DNA of 64,000 nt from the NCBI GenBank assembly GCA_965207455.1, contig CBDBMJ010000001.1, forward strand, positions 896,001-960,000. Direction: 5' to 3'. Shown here piece by piece: positions 32,395-42,843 of this stretch. The translations under genes were made by a program, and so were the position numbers. Origin of the DNA: Bdellovibrionota bacterium. Lineage in GTDB: Bacteria > Bdellovibrionota > UBA1018 > CAIPTA01 > JAALKR01. Each line of letters begins with the position of its first letter. Positions within the stretch are counted from its first letter, which is position 1. The notes beneath the pieces are model-generated. The model worked only from the letters and a program-made list of their open reading frames with translations. It did no database searches and was not told the DNA's origin.

Positions 32395-33459
32395 ATGGAA
32401 GCAAAAATCCAAGAGCTGTTAGGAAAAGATACTCAGTATCTTCTAGAATTTAACAAACCGAAAATACCGAAAGAAAAGTTAACTTTGCCTGGAGGGGATT
32501 GGGTCGACCGTATTTTTGCAAACTCAGACCGTCCCACACCTGTGTTAAGAAGCCTACATTCCCTATTTGACCATGGTCGATTGGCAAAAACGGGCTACCT
32601 TTCTATCCTACCCGTGGATCAAGGAGTGGAGCATTCTGCAGGAGCTTCCTTTTCTCCCAACCCCGATTATTTCGACCCTGAAAATATTGTAAAGCTCGCC
32701 ATAAATGGTGGGTGCAATGCTGTAGCCACCACCTTGGGAAACCTGGGCTTAGTGGCAAGAAAATATGCCCATAAAATTCCATTTATTCTCAAGCTTAATC
32801 ATAATAATCTGCTGACCTACCCCAATACATTTGATCAGGTGATGTTTAGCACTGTGGAACAGGCCCATAATCTGGGTGCTGTGGCCGTGGGAGCCACTAT
32901 TTATTTTGGATCGGCAGAAAGCAATCGACAAATTCAAGAGGTTAGCGAGGCTTTTCACATTGCCCATGAATATGGAATGGCAACCATACTTTGGTGCTAC
33001 ACACGCAACAACGCTTTTAAAATTAATGGCAAGGACTACCACGGTAGTGCTGACCTCACTGGACAAGCCAACCACATAGGTGCCACCATTGAAGCCGACA
33101 TCGTAAAACAAAAACTTCCAGAATGTAACGGAGCCTATCCTGCCCTTAATAAAAAAGAAAGCTTTGGTAAATTTACGGATGCCATGTATACCGAGCTTTC
33201 CTCAGATCATCCCATCGACCTTACTCGCTATCAGGTAGCTAATGGATATATGGGAAAAATAGGATTGATTAATTCTGGAGGATCCACAGGGACAAACGAC
33301 CTAGCAAGTGCCATACGCACAGCCGTCATTAATAAACGTGCGGGAGGAATGGGGCTTATTAGTGGGCGCAAGGCCTTTCAAAAACCCATGAAAGAAGGGG
33401 TGGATCTTCTTCACACCATTCAAGACGTATACCTCAATAAAGACGTCACCATAGCCTAG
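32395..33459 (+). CDS. fbaB: Class I fructose-bisphosphate aldolase (DhnA type)
   Basis: [21 protein letters not shown] (Schiff-base Lys), [10 protein letters not shown] motifs. Confidence 0.96.
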   Translation: MEAKIQELLGKDTQYLLEFNKPKIPKEKLTLPGGDWVDRIFANSDRPTPVLRSLHSLFDHGRLAKTGYLSILPVDQGVEHSAGASFSPNPDYFDPENIVKLAINGGCNAVATTLGNLGLVARKYAHKIPFILKLNHNNLLTYPNTFDQVMFSTVEQAHNLGAVAVGATIYFGSAESNRQIQEVSEAFHIAHEYGMATILWCYTRNNAFKINGKDYHGSADLTGQANHIGATIEADIVKQKLPECNGAYPALNKKESFGKFTDAMYTELSSDHPIDLTRYQVANGYMGKIGLINSGGSTGTNDLASAIRTAVINKRAGGMGLISGRKAFQKPMKEGVDLLHTIQDVYLNKDVTIA

Positions 33460-34043
33460 ACCTGAAATATGAGATTCCAACAGGAATCCCCTCGCTCCAA
33501 GTATTTCTTTTCAAAGTGAGTACGGGGTAAAGCACCACGTTTCAAAATGGAATCCTCTATACAATGCAAACCCCATAGGGAAGAAAAATCTCTTTTCGCC
33601 TCTTTATAGTAATCCTCCACATTAGTGGCCAAATGAATGGTGCCAGAGGGTTCCAGTGTTTCTAACAGGTATTCCATAAAGGACATTCGGTGCCAACGAC
33701 GTTTTAACGGAAACGGGTTGGGATATAAGAAAAAATAACGACGAACAGATTTTTTAGGAATATTATGGCCAATCCATTGTAAAGCATCCCCTCGAATGGG
33801 AGTGAGATTGGGAGGGCTACCATTACCTGCTATCCGACGAAGGAATTTTTCAAAACGACTCCGGCTGCGCTCCAAAGCTAATAACCTGCGATCTGGATTT
33901 TGTAGAGCATATTGAATTGGATGGAACCCCACACCACAGCCAATTTCAATATCAAAGGGAGGCTGTAAAAAAGTTGTATCCTTATGGAAACAATTTTTCC
34001 CTAAACGAAAGGATCTTTTTTTTCTCAACTCCTCCAACTCCAT
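33456..34043 (-). CDS. TrmB-like SAM-dependent methyltransferase
   Basis: EIGCGVG, YPNPFP, ATN and RTHFEKKYL resemble the tRNA m7G46 methyltransferase family; divergent. Confidence 0.75.
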   Translation of the reverse strand: MELEELRKKRSFRLGKNCFHKDTTFLQPPFDIEIGCGVGFHPIQYALQNPDRRLLALERSRSRFEKFLRRIAGNGSPPNLTPIRGDALQWIGHNIPKKSVRRYFFLYPNPFPLKRRWHRMSFMEYLLETLEPSGTIHLATNVEDYYKEAKRDFSSLWGLHCIEDSILKRGALPRTHFEKKYLERGDSCWNLIFQV

Positions 34044-34133
34044 AATATAATTAAATTTCCCTAAAAAATACTCTTGCTGAATCCATGTTTTACCTTATAC
34101 TAAAAAGTGAAGAATAAACAATAGGAGAATACG

Positions 34134-35447
34134 ATGAATAACAAAACTTGGTACAGACAACTCCACTGGCAAATTATCATTGGTCTAGTCCTTGGACTTA
34201 TCTACGGCATTATTGCAGCAGGTATGGGTTGGCAGTCCTTTACCAGCAACTGGATATCCCCTTTTGGGACTATCTTTATGAACCTGTTAAAGTTAATTGC
34301 AGTACCCTTAGTAGTTGCTTCTCTTATCACAGGAGTGGCCTCCTTATCGGACATGAAAAAGATTTCACGCATTGGTGGAAAAACCATTACTATCTATATC
34401 CTCACTACCTTAATCGCACTTTGCATTGGTCTCACTTTAGTAAATGTATTGAAACCCGGAGCAAACATATCTCCAACCATACAAGAGAAAATGCAATATA
34501 ACTATGAGCAAGTGGCTAAATCTAAACTGAACAATAGGGAGAAAATAAAAGGACGAGGTCCACTACAACCCGTCGTAGATATGGTACCTTCAAACATTGT
34601 CTCTTCTTTCGGAAATAATAGAAACATGCTACAAGTAGTATTTTTTGCTATCCTTTTTGGTATCGCACTTACAATGATACCTAGAGAACGAGCCAAACCC
34701 ATACAGGATTTCTTCCAAGGACTCAATGATACTGTCATCCAAGTAGTAAATCTTATTATGAAGGTAGCCCCTTATGGAGTCTTTGCCCTATTAGCAAAAA
34801 CAATTACAACGATAGCGGGAGACGACCTCAGCCAAGTCACAGAACTCCTGGGTGCCCTGGGATACTATTGCTTTGTAGTGATTCTTGGCTTAGTTCTTCA
34901 TGCCTCTATAACCTACCCTTTAATGATCAAAGCTTTCTCACCCATGAAGATAAAAACATTCTTTAAAGGTATTGCTCCTGCACAGCTCTTAGCTTTTTCC
35001 ACAAGCTCCAGTGGAGCCACCCTTCCTGTAACAATGGAACGTTGTGAGAAACACTTGGGTGTTTCTGAGGAAGTTTCAGCCTTTGCTCTTCCCTTAGGAG
35101 CTACTATAAATATGGACGGAACGGCCCTATACCAAGCAGTGGCCGCTGTCTTTATTTCCCAAGTAATTGGTATTGATTTAAGCATGGGAGATCAAATGAC
35201 GATTATCTTCACTGCCTTACTAGCCTCCATTGGCACTGCTGCTGTACCCGGGGCTGGAATCATTATGCTAATTGTAATCCTAGAATCTGTGGGTATACCT
35301 GCTGAAGGAATTGCCCTAATTCTTGGAGTGGATCGTATTTTAGATATGATGCGCACAACTGCGAATGTAACAGGAGATGCTGCCGTAACGGTAGTAGTGG
35401 CCGCTAGTGAAAATGCACTCCATCCACCAACGGAAACAACATCATAG
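34134..35447 (+). CDS. Dicarboxylate/amino acid:cation symporter (GltP/DAACS family)
   Basis: FSTSSSGATLP, GATINMDGTA and DRILDMMRT motifs. Confidence 0.96.
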   Translation: MNNKTWYRQLHWQIIIGLVLGLIYGIIAAGMGWQSFTSNWISPFGTIFMNLLKLIAVPLVVASLITGVASLSDMKKISRIGGKTITIYILTTLIALCIGLTLVNVLKPGANISPTIQEKMQYNYEQVAKSKLNNREKIKGRGPLQPVVDMVPSNIVSSFGNNRNMLQVVFFAILFGIALTMIPRERAKPIQDFFQGLNDTVIQVVNLIMKVAPYGVFALLAKTITTIAGDDLSQVTELLGALGYYCFVVILGLVLHASITYPLMIKAFSPMKIKTFFKGIAPAQLLAFSTSSSGATLPVTMERCEKHLGVSEEVSAFALPLGATINMDGTALYQAVAAVFISQVIGIDLSMGDQMTIIFTALLASIGTAAVPGAGIIMLIVILESVGIPAEGIALILGVDRILDMMRTTANVTGDAAVTVVVAASENALHPPTETTS

Positions 35448-35451
35448 GCCT

Positions 35452-35491
35452 AGAGGGTTGCAGAGGGCTGCAGAGGGCTGCAGAGGGCTGC
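35452..35491. repeat. 10-bp tandem repeat, 4 copies
   Basis: agagggttgc followed by agagggctgc x3, between convergent genes. Confidence 0.9.
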
Positions 35492-35513
35492 CTAAAAACA
35501 TGGAGAGCACAGA

Positions 35514-36716
35514 CTAGAGTAAATCTTCTTGCTGCCCATCTTCTGCTTCCTGCTCTCCCTCTTTTTCCATAAACCTCCAAGACTGGATCAACTCATCGGA
35601 ATCACCACTATCTATTCCAAAAATTTCTGAGAATCGTCTAGGAGAAAGTCGTCCAAATATGGCAGCATCTCTGAGTTCAATCATTGACCTAAATATTACT
35701 CTGTCTTTTTGAATTTCTTCAGAAAAGAATTTATTTAAGCTGTCATAATCCTCACAATTAAATTCATTAAAGTATAAATCATCTATTGTTTTCTTTCGTT
35801 TTTTCCAAGAAACAGCATTTTTCATCATTATACGGAATTGTTTACCTTTTGAAGTAATCACTTTATATTCCTGTAATGACAACGCCATGCCTGTTGGACT
35901 CCAATCAAAGTCAGCTTCGAGCTTTTTAAATATATGGGAGAATAGGGGCAAGTTAAATTTCGCAGAATTTTTGAAAAACTCTAAAAGCTCTTTGTTTTTT
36001 TGAAAATATTCTCTCGGATATACTAACTCCTGAGCCACTTTGTTTGCAAGACTCTCAAACTCTGGATCGTGCTTACCTGAACCATCACCACAAACAACAT
36101 GGGCAAGCTCATGACAAGCATCAAATAAGGCTTCGTCCACTCTCCTAGAGGTATCAATAAATATTAATATTTGATCACCCTTCCGAGCAGTGAATGCCAC
36201 TTCTCTATGAGCGGAATTATGTAATACAAAACCTGTTTTCTTAAATGGAATAAAAAATAAATTTACATTATGTTTTCTTAATGCAGTAGCCATTCTATCC
36301 AATGTAACTGGCTCATCCTCTGCAAATGATAATAAAGAACGCAAATAGCTGGCAATATTTCTTGGTTCTCGCTTCCCAATTTCTGGAAAAATCCCTTGAT
36401 TTGCTACATACATAGATCCACCCAGTTTAAAAAATGTCTCTGAAAATGCTTTGCATTTTTCAACAACCTTAGGGTCTGATTTATCTAAACCTATCCTACG
36501 AAAATACATCTTAATTGGTGCAATTTCAAACAAGCGGTCAATCTCCTCCACACTAAGCTGAAGCTTGCCAAGCACTTGGGAGACTCTTTCTTGTGGCAGC
36601 TTGTTTTGCTCCATCCACTTGTAGATTGCTGTCTTAGAAATCCCCAGTTCATGGGCAAAGGCTTCAATAGAGCTATACTCACTCGTGATTTTAGACTTAA
36701 ATAACTCTATATCCAT
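35514..36716 (-). CDS. XRE-type HTH fused to ImmA/IrrE-family zinc metallopeptidase
   Basis: N-terminal HTH (IEAFAHELGISKTAIYKW), F-x3-HELAH zinc motif, then E-x2-AN. ATG 36716 preferred because a consensus promoter occupies 36733-36761. Confidence 0.85.
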   Translation of the reverse strand: MDIELFKSKITSEYSSIEAFAHELGISKTAIYKWMEQNKLPQERVSQVLGKLQLSVEEIDRLFEIAPIKMYFRRIGLDKSDPKVVEKCKAFSETFFKLGGSMYVANQGIFPEIGKREPRNIASYLRSLLSFAEDEPVTLDRMATALRKHNVNLFFIPFKKTGFVLHNSAHREVAFTARKGDQILIFIDTSRRVDEALFDACHELAHVVCGDGSGKHDPEFESLANKVAQELVYPREYFQKNKELLEFFKNSAKFNLPLFSHIFKKLEADFDWSPTGMALSLQEYKVITSKGKQFRIMMKNAVSWKKRKKTIDDLYFNEFNCEDYDSLNKFFSEEIQKDRVIFRSMIELRDAAIFGRLSPRRFSEIFGIDSGDSDELIQSWRFMEKEGEQEAEDGQQEDLL

Positions 36717-36732
36717 GTGTTCCCTGACCTTT

Positions 36733-36761
36733 ATTCTACACGATAAGGGTTTGTTTGTCAA
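36733..36761 (-). promoter_or_regulatory. Sigma70-type promoter of the XRE-IrrE gene
   Basis: Minus strand TTGACA-17 nt-TAGAAT, 16 nt upstream of ATG 36716. Confidence 0.75.
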
Positions 36762-36823
36762 CTAGATTAAATATTTTTTAGTTTTCTTATACTAATATTT
36801 TCAGCTACTTACACGATTAATTC

Positions 36824-36852
36824 AATTTAAATGAATAAATAATGGTTGTCAA
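36824..36852 (-). promoter_or_regulatory. Second, upstream sigma70-type promoter
   Basis: Minus strand TTGACA-17 nt-TAAATT. Confidence 0.5.
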
Positions 36853-37008
36853 TCCAATATATGTCCAATATCACAGAGCTGGATTAGCTGTAGCGTCATA
36901 AGAGTTGCTCCCATAAAAGCCCCCTGTGGTGCTGAAAAATAGCGTCGGATTTTTTAAGAAGTCTCAAGCCTTGAAAATTCCAGCTCTCTAGGATAAAAGA
37001 AACCTAAG

Positions 37009-37722
37009 GTGACGTATCCAGAAATGAAAATCCATCTCTACCTAGACGGTGCAGATAAAGGCACCATGCTATCCCACTATAAGGAAGGAAATGTGCAAGG
37101 CTTCACCACAAACCCCAGCCTTATGCGAAAAGCAGGTGTACGCGACTATGGTGCTTTTGCGAAAGAAATGCTCTCCACCATTACAGATAAGCCCATTTCC
37201 TTTGAGGTTTTTGCCGATGATTTCACAGAAATGGAAGCCCAAGCAGAGCGTATTCATTCATGGGCACCCAATGTAAATGTGAAAATCCCCATATCCAATA
37301 CTAAAGGGGAAATGAGCTATCCTCTGATAAAAAAACTCTTTGCTAAAGGAATTAAACTCAATATCACAGCTATTTTTACCCAAGAGCAATTGCTGGATCT
37401 AAAAAATATAATGAATCCTAACGATGATGCCATTGTCTCCATTTTTGCTGGACGTATTGCGGATACGGGAAAAGACCCCATGCCTTTGATGAAAGAATCC
37501 GTAGCCCTATTTCAAGACCTACCAAAAGCAAAAATTCTATGGGCAAGCACCCGGGAAGCACTCAACATGTACCAAGCACAGGAGTGCGGTTGCCATATTA
37601 TAACTGTACCCGAAGGCATTTTGAAAAAATTAAGTCTATACAACAAGTCTTTGTCCGACTATTCCCTAGAAACAGTACATTTATTTTATGAGGATGGAAA
37701 ATCCGCTGGCTTCCAGCTTTAA
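37009..37722 (+). CDS. tal: Transaldolase (short TalC/MipB type)
   Basis: GFTTNPSL, ISFEV, VKIP, SIFAGRIAD, LWASTRE motifs. Confidence 0.92.
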   Translation: MTYPEMKIHLYLDGADKGTMLSHYKEGNVQGFTTNPSLMRKAGVRDYGAFAKEMLSTITDKPISFEVFADDFTEMEAQAERIHSWAPNVNVKIPISNTKGEMSYPLIKKLFAKGIKLNITAIFTQEQLLDLKNIMNPNDDAIVSIFAGRIADTGKDPMPLMKESVALFQDLPKAKILWASTREALNMYQAQECGCHIITVPEGILKKLSLYNKSLSDYSLETVHLFYEDGKSAGFQL

Positions 37723-38914
37723 TACTATCGCCATCATTGGCTACGTTTGGCCAGAAAAGGATGCCTCTGCTGCTGGAATGAGGACTTGGAACCTCCTTCA
37801 AATTTTTAAAGAAGCCGACTATGACGTTCACTATCTATGTGGAGCGAAAGAAAATGTATGGACAAAAAGAGTCCAAGACATGGGCGCACACACTCATTCC
37901 ATTACTCTCAATCATGATAGCTTTGATACTCTCATTAAAAAAATATCACCCCATACTGTAATCTTCGACAGATTTATTACGGAAGAACAGTTTGGATGGA
38001 GAGTGGAACAGTCCATTCCTCAGGCCATTCGTATAATAGATACCCAGGATTTGCATTTCCTTAGGCAAGCTCGTCAAAAGAAGATAGAAGAAAATACAGC
38101 ACTGGATCTATGGAATAGAAATACCCTAAGAGAGTTGGCCTCTATCTACCGAACGGATGCTACTCTTATCCTCTCCTCTTATGAATATAAACTCCTCACC
38201 CAAACCTTTCACCTTCCAGAAAAGCTCCTTCACTTACTACCTTTCTCCTACCCCACCCCACCCTCCTCCACTCCTTCCTTTTCCCAAAGAAAGCATTTTG
38301 TTTTTTTAGGAAATTTTCGACACCCTCCCAATCAAGATGCAATACTCCATGGAGTTGAGCATATCTGGCCATCAATTCGCCAAGCCCTTCCCCAAGCGGA
38401 ATGGCATATCTACGGTGCCTACCCTCCTAAAAATATTATGAAACTCCATAACCCTGGAATTCATGTAATGGGTCCCGTAAAAGATCACCTCTCCATGCTA
38501 TCCCAATATAGGGTGAACCTTGCTCCCTTACGTTTTGGAGCTGGTATTAAAGGAAAAATCACAGACGGCTGGTTTATGCATACCCCCTGTGTAACCACAC
38601 CCATAGGTGCGGAGGGCATGGAGGAAACACAACAATGGAAAGGCACAGAACTGGCTAGTCCCTTTATTCATAAAGCTCTACAGTTGTATACACAGGAAAA
38701 AGAGTGGCAAAAAGCGCAAAGCATGGGCCTCAATCAAATAAAAGGTTATTTTTCCCATACGAGGAATAAAAAACTTCTTCTGTCTTTAGTCTCAAAATTA
38801 CAAAGAAATAAGCAACAGGAGCGAAAAGAGAATATTGTGGGTGCCATATTGAGGGAAGAGCAATTTCAGAGCACAAAGTACCTATCTAGGTGGATTCAAG
38901 AAAAAAACAAATAG
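37688..38914 (+). CDS. Glycosyltransferase (GT-B, GT4-like)
   Basis: GNFRHPPN, APLRFGAGIKGK, VTTPIGAEG motifs. Confidence 0.88.
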   Translation: MRMENPLASSFNTIAIIGYVWPEKDASAAGMRTWNLLQIFKEADYDVHYLCGAKENVWTKRVQDMGAHTHSITLNHDSFDTLIKKISPHTVIFDRFITEEQFGWRVEQSIPQAIRIIDTQDLHFLRQARQKKIEENTALDLWNRNTLRELASIYRTDATLILSSYEYKLLTQTFHLPEKLLHLLPFSYPTPPSSTPSFSQRKHFVFLGNFRHPPNQDAILHGVEHIWPSIRQALPQAEWHIYGAYPPKNIMKLHNPGIHVMGPVKDHLSMLSQYRVNLAPLRFGAGIKGKITDGWFMHTPCVTTPIGAEGMEETQQWKGTELASPFIHKALQLYTQEKEWQKAQSMGLNQIKGYFSHTRNKKLLLSLVSKLQRNKQQERKENIVGAILREEQFQSTKYLSRWIQEKNK

Positions 38915-39024
38915 AGGGAAAAACATTGTTTTTGCTTTCTCAAATAATTAACTTTTCTTAACAAAATGACCCTAAATATCCTCTAAATGGACTTTAGAGG
39001 CATTTCACCTGGCTCATTTATTGC

Positions 39025-39065
39025 TCAAGTAAATACTTGACTTAATGCATTATATCGGTTATACT
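39025..39065 (+). promoter_or_regulatory. Sigma70-type promoter with an overlapping palindromic operator-like site
   Basis: TTGACT (39037)-17 nt-TATACT (39060); TCAAGTA-AA-TACTTGA at 39025-39040 overlaps the -35 box. Confidence 0.65.
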
Positions 39066-39136
39066 CATGCATTGTAGATGTTCGTACATATTTTGTGTAC
39101 ATAAGTTGAAGTTAAAGATTCGAAAGGAGAATCATT

Positions 39137-39631
39137 ATGAGAATGAGAAGTATATTAATAGCAGGACTACTTGTTAGCAGTCCTTTAAATGCCACAGCAA
39201 CCAACAAGGTTATAAAAACCAAACTCTTTGAAAAAAGAAATTTAGTTGTTGGAAATGCCAAGAGTAAAGAAGTGTGCGTAACAGCGATTTCTAGGGCAGG
39301 AAAGACTAAAGAAAATGCTAATGCCATTTGCAATGCATTGGAAAAATACAATTCCTACTATTGTGCTGATAAGAAAAATGGGAAAATAAAACTTTCATTA
39401 TCTCCAGTTAAATTTGATAACACAACTTCTTCCACTATTTTTCTTGGACTTCCTCCCCGAGATAAAAATCAGAACAGTCTATGTGCTTACGCTCAACGTG
39501 GGCTCAACTATCGCCTCTTCAAAGCTCTCAGAGGTATTGAAAGTAAAGTGAAGAAAAAGGAAGAAAGATCTTTAGTAACAATGGATTCAATTTTCATAAA
39601 GATGGAATGGGAAAAAAAGGGCAGTAGTTAA
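39137..39631 (+). CDS. Hypothetical secreted basic protein
   Basis: AAAGGAG RBS, signal peptide, four Cys residues; no family recognised. Confidence 0.75.
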   Translation: MRMRSILIAGLLVSSPLNATATNKVIKTKLFEKRNLVVGNAKSKEVCVTAISRAGKTKENANAICNALEKYNSYYCADKKNGKIKLSLSPVKFDNTTSSTIFLGLPPRDKNQNSLCAYAQRGLNYRLFKALRGIESKVKKKEERSLVTMDSIFIKMEWEKKGSS

Positions 39632-39695
39632 GAATGCTAACATGCAAGTAACATAAGCAATCCAAAAGGAAAGTCATTATGAGAAATGTAAATTG

Positions 39696-40109
39696 TTAGG
39701 AAATTTCATCTTCTGCATATTTACGAATAATGGCAAGCATGGCACCTAAACCATTGGCTCGATTTGCTGTTAGGTTTTCCGTAATACCAATTTCTTTAAT
39801 AAAATCTGTGTTAGACTCTAAAATATCTTTTTTTTGAAAACCGGAGTACACTTCTATCAAAATGGCTATTAAGCCTTTTACTAAAATGGAATCGCTGTCT
39901 GCCTTAAAGTATAATTTATTATCCTTATATTCACCATAAAGCCAAACCTTAGAAGTACAGCCAGGAACAATATATTCATCTCTATAAAATTTATCTTCCA
40001 GTGGAGATAATTCCTTGCCTAAATCAATGATATGGTGAAAACGCTCCGACCAATCTTCCATGGCAGCAAACTCTTCCACAAGCTCCTTTTGTTTCTCTTG
40101 AATTGTCAT
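39696..40109 (-). CDS. sufE: SufE-family sulfur acceptor
   Basis: VPGCTSKVW, ADSDSILVKGL, LTANRANGL motifs. Confidence 0.93.
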   Translation of the reverse strand: MTIQEKQKELVEEFAAMEDWSERFHHIIDLGKELSPLEDKFYRDEYIVPGCTSKVWLYGEYKDNKLYFKADSDSILVKGLIAILIEVYSGFQKKDILESNTDFIKEIGITENLTANRANGLGAMLAIIRKYAEDEIS

Positions 40110-40112
40110 CTA

Positions 40113-40562
40113 TTACTTTTTGGGAAGGGAAATAATCATTGTAGTACACCGGCAAGTGGAAATCAATTTGCCCCCTTCATTTGTAATGTCAATATTCCAA
40201 ACATGGGTTTTTCGACCGATATGGATGGGAGTGGCCGTTCCATATACCCAACCATCCATTGCCATATTAATATGATTAGCTGTAATAGATACACCCACAG
40301 CTCTTTGCGTTTCCACATCAATGTATAGGCATGAACCAATGGAAGCCAAAGATTCTGCTAATGCCACAGAAGACCCTCCATGGAGAATTCCAAAGGGCTG
40401 CTTCGTTCGATCATTTACAGGCATTTTAGCTCTCATACACTTAGGGTGTACCTCTATAGACTCAATTCCCAGTGTGGTGCCCAAGGTGGTTTTATCCTTA
40501 AGGAATTCATCCATGAATTGTATTTTCTTAGCTATTTCTTCCTTATCCATAACTCGACTCAT
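40113..40562 (-). CDS. Hotdog-fold acyl-CoA thioesterase (MenI/EntH/PaaI family)
   Basis: TKQPFGILHGGSSVALAES motif. Confidence 0.92.
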   Translation of the reverse strand: MSRVMDKEEIAKKIQFMDEFLKDKTTLGTTLGIESIEVHPKCMRAKMPVNDRTKQPFGILHGGSSVALAESLASIGSCLYIDVETQRAVGVSITANHINMAMDGWVYGTATPIHIGRKTHVWNIDITNEGGKLISTCRCTTMIISLPKK

Positions 40563-41266
40563 GGTTTCTCTTCCCTCTGTAATTGAAAGTATACATTCTC
40601 TAGTTTTTTGTAGAATTTTAAAATACGGTGTGCATTGGAACCAAAGTCAGATCGTCCTAGACGACTTTTTGAGCGAATATGGCAAATACTTTTTCCATCA
40701 CCCAGTGGACGAATATCAATAGAAATATCATCCACAAAACGAAACAACGAACTCTTCTCTATAGCTTCAAAATGAAAAGCCTCTTTATCTGTAAAAATAA
40801 TATCCCAATTGGGCATTTCCTGAGCTGCAAGAATAGATGCCTTATAGAGACGATCCACAGAAATGGGATACACCTGTGCGTTTATTTCAGGGTATCCTCT
40901 CTTCTGTTGCTCATAAAAAGACGGCTCATACTTCTTTACGCTTCTATTGAATTGGGGAGGATTTTTTGGATCGGTGGTAATATCATTTATCAAAGGTTTA
41001 CCCTTCATCTGAGTACTATAGAAATACAACAAACCTAAAACTAATAGAAAACCATATAACAAAGCAAAGCTACCTTTCATGGACTTTTTTTGAAACAATG
41101 CCAGTAAAAGAGAAAAAACTGAAGTAAAAAAAGTGATAATCCCTAAAAGTATGCCTAAGAGCAATAGATAAAAGCTCTGAGGTCCATAGGAAAGCCCCAC
41201 TCCTATTCCTGCTAGAACAAAAGCTAGCACAGATAGGAAAAATAAAATTTTTATTAGTCGATTCAT
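40559..41266 (-). CDS. DUF1499-domain membrane protein
   Basis: Three TM segments, INDITTD, FRFVDD, RSKSRLGRSDFGSNAHR. Confidence 0.88.
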   Translation of the reverse strand: MNRLIKILFFLSVLAFVLAGIGVGLSYGPQSFYLLLLGILLGIITFFTSVFSLLLALFQKKSMKGSFALLYGFLLVLGLLYFYSTQMKGKPLINDITTDPKNPPQFNRSVKKYEPSFYEQQKRGYPEINAQVYPISVDRLYKASILAAQEMPNWDIIFTDKEAFHFEAIEKSSLFRFVDDISIDIRPLGDGKSICHIRSKSRLGRSDFGSNAHRILKFYKKLENVYFQLQREEKP

Positions 41267-41275
41267 TTTTATAAA

Positions 41276-41725
41276 TTATTTATTTTCCAATAATGGTCCA
41301 TAAACTTCACCTTTCTTATTTTCTACAATAGCAGGAGAGGAATCAAGCATTTCCTCTGGCCCCTCCAACTCTCCAGGAAGACAGTCCTTTAAATTTAATA
41401 GTATGGCTCCGTGGTAGGAACCACTGTGCTTCAAATTCCATGGAGGATAGGGAAGAATACGAGCACGCACGCACCTCCCAGGCTCCACCAAACCCCATTG
41501 GGAGTCCTGGGTTTTCATTGTATAGGTTAGTGCATCGATTTGACGAATAGCCACAATAAATGTGCTTCCACCTTCTAACGAACGCAGACCCAAAACCCGT
41601 CCCTCAATTGTGGTGGAGAAAATATATCCATAATATACGATCAACACATAAATACTTGCCAGTAAAAAAAGTAAAAAAAGAAATTTACGTATTGCCCTTT
41701 TCCATTGAAGATTCATCGTTGCCAA
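41276..41725 (-). CDS. Hypothetical membrane-anchored protein
   Basis: Single TM segment and YPPW motif; in the operon downstream of hmgA. Confidence 0.7.
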   Translation of the reverse strand: MATMNLQWKRAIRKFLFLLFLLASIYVLIVYYGYIFSTTIEGRVLGLRSLEGGSTFIVAIRQIDALTYTMKTQDSQWGLVEPGRCVRARILPYPPWNLKHSGSYHGAILLNLKDCLPGELEGPEEMLDSSPAIVENKKGEVYGPLLENK

Positions 41726-42813
41726 CTCTTCCAGTAGTCCTTTATCTCTAAATTATCTAAGGTCGAATCCCGGAAAAGAGGTCGACGTACATCCACCATC
41801 ACCGCATACTCATTATGGAACGTTTTATCCTTTACCTTATCTACTGCACTCGGATGGGGACCATGGGGAAAACCAGCAGGATGAAAACTCATCATTCCAG
41901 CATGAAGATTCGAGCGACTAAAAAAATCTCCATTATGATAAAAAAGCACTTCATCATAATCAATATTCTGATGGTAAAAGGGAACTTTAAGTACATCCTC
42001 CTCAGACTCTAGGGGTCGAGGAACAAAAGAACACACCACAAATTGGGGTGCCACAAAAGTAGTGTGGGCACTAGGGGGTAGGTGGATTCGATGACTGACC
42101 AAAGGCATGATCTGATCCATATTCAAACGAAAGGGGAAGAAATCTCCCTTCCAACCAATCACATCGTAAATGGAGTCTGTGTATTCAAAAGTAGTAACCT
42201 CTCCATTATGACGTACATCTATGGATAAAACCTCTGCACCAGAATGCTGTAAAAATTCTTCCTGCTCCTGGAGACTGGGAACTCCTATTTGCTCAATATC
42301 ATACAAAGCATGGCGACCTGCAATTCCCCGATCAGGCTCTCCAAAGCTTCCACTCTTGCTTACAATTATAAAAAAAGAACTAACCTCCTTAGGTATAAGC
42401 GTATGGGCCACACATTTGGGAAGCATAATATAGTCACCCTCTCGATAGGAAAGGAGACCGTACTCTGTTAACACATTACCCTTGCCACGATGGCAAAAGT
42501 ATATAGAGTCTCCATCGGCATTACGAAAAGCACTGGAAGGATTAGTGCTAACATCCTTCCATTCCATGGAAAGCTCCACATCAGTATTATATAGTAGTCG
42601 GGATCTGGAAATAGTATTGGGAGATAGACCCATGTCGAACATCCTGGGCTTAAGAGGTCCCTTAATAGAACTCCAGCGAGTGCTGGGTTTCTTACGAATA
42701 AGATGGGAAACAGGTCCGTAAAAACCCTTTCTCCCCTGCTCTTCTTCAAAGCAACCGTTAGGAATTTTTTTGTGAGCCTGTTTAGTGCTCTTTCCCTGTG
42801 AATACTGATACAC
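41713..42813 (-). CDS. hmgA: Homogentisate 1,2-dioxygenase
   Basis: FRNADGD, HLPPSAHTTF, PFYHQNIDYDEV, HPAGFPHGPHP; follows hppD. Confidence 0.93.
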   Translation of the reverse strand: MYQYSQGKSTKQAHKKIPNGCFEEEQGRKGFYGPVSHLIRKKPSTRWSSIKGPLKPRMFDMGLSPNTISRSRLLYNTDVELSMEWKDVSTNPSSAFRNADGDSIYFCHRGKGNVLTEYGLLSYREGDYIMLPKCVAHTLIPKEVSSFFIIVSKSGSFGEPDRGIAGRHALYDIEQIGVPSLQEQEEFLQHSGAEVLSIDVRHNGEVTTFEYTDSIYDVIGWKGDFFPFRLNMDQIMPLVSHRIHLPPSAHTTFVAPQFVVCSFVPRPLESEEDVLKVPFYHQNIDYDEVLFYHNGDFFSRSNLHAGMMSFHPAGFPHGPHPSAVDKVKDKTFHNEYAVMVDVRRPLFRDSTLDNLEIKDYWKSWQR

Positions 42814-42843
42814 GTCGATTCTCTCCTATACCTAAAAAACCAA

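Noticed and set aside
35452..35491. Short direct repeats here and at 52905-52936 as possible CRISPR arrays
   Set aside because: Units are 10-16 bp and contiguous with no spacers, and no cas genes are present in the window.
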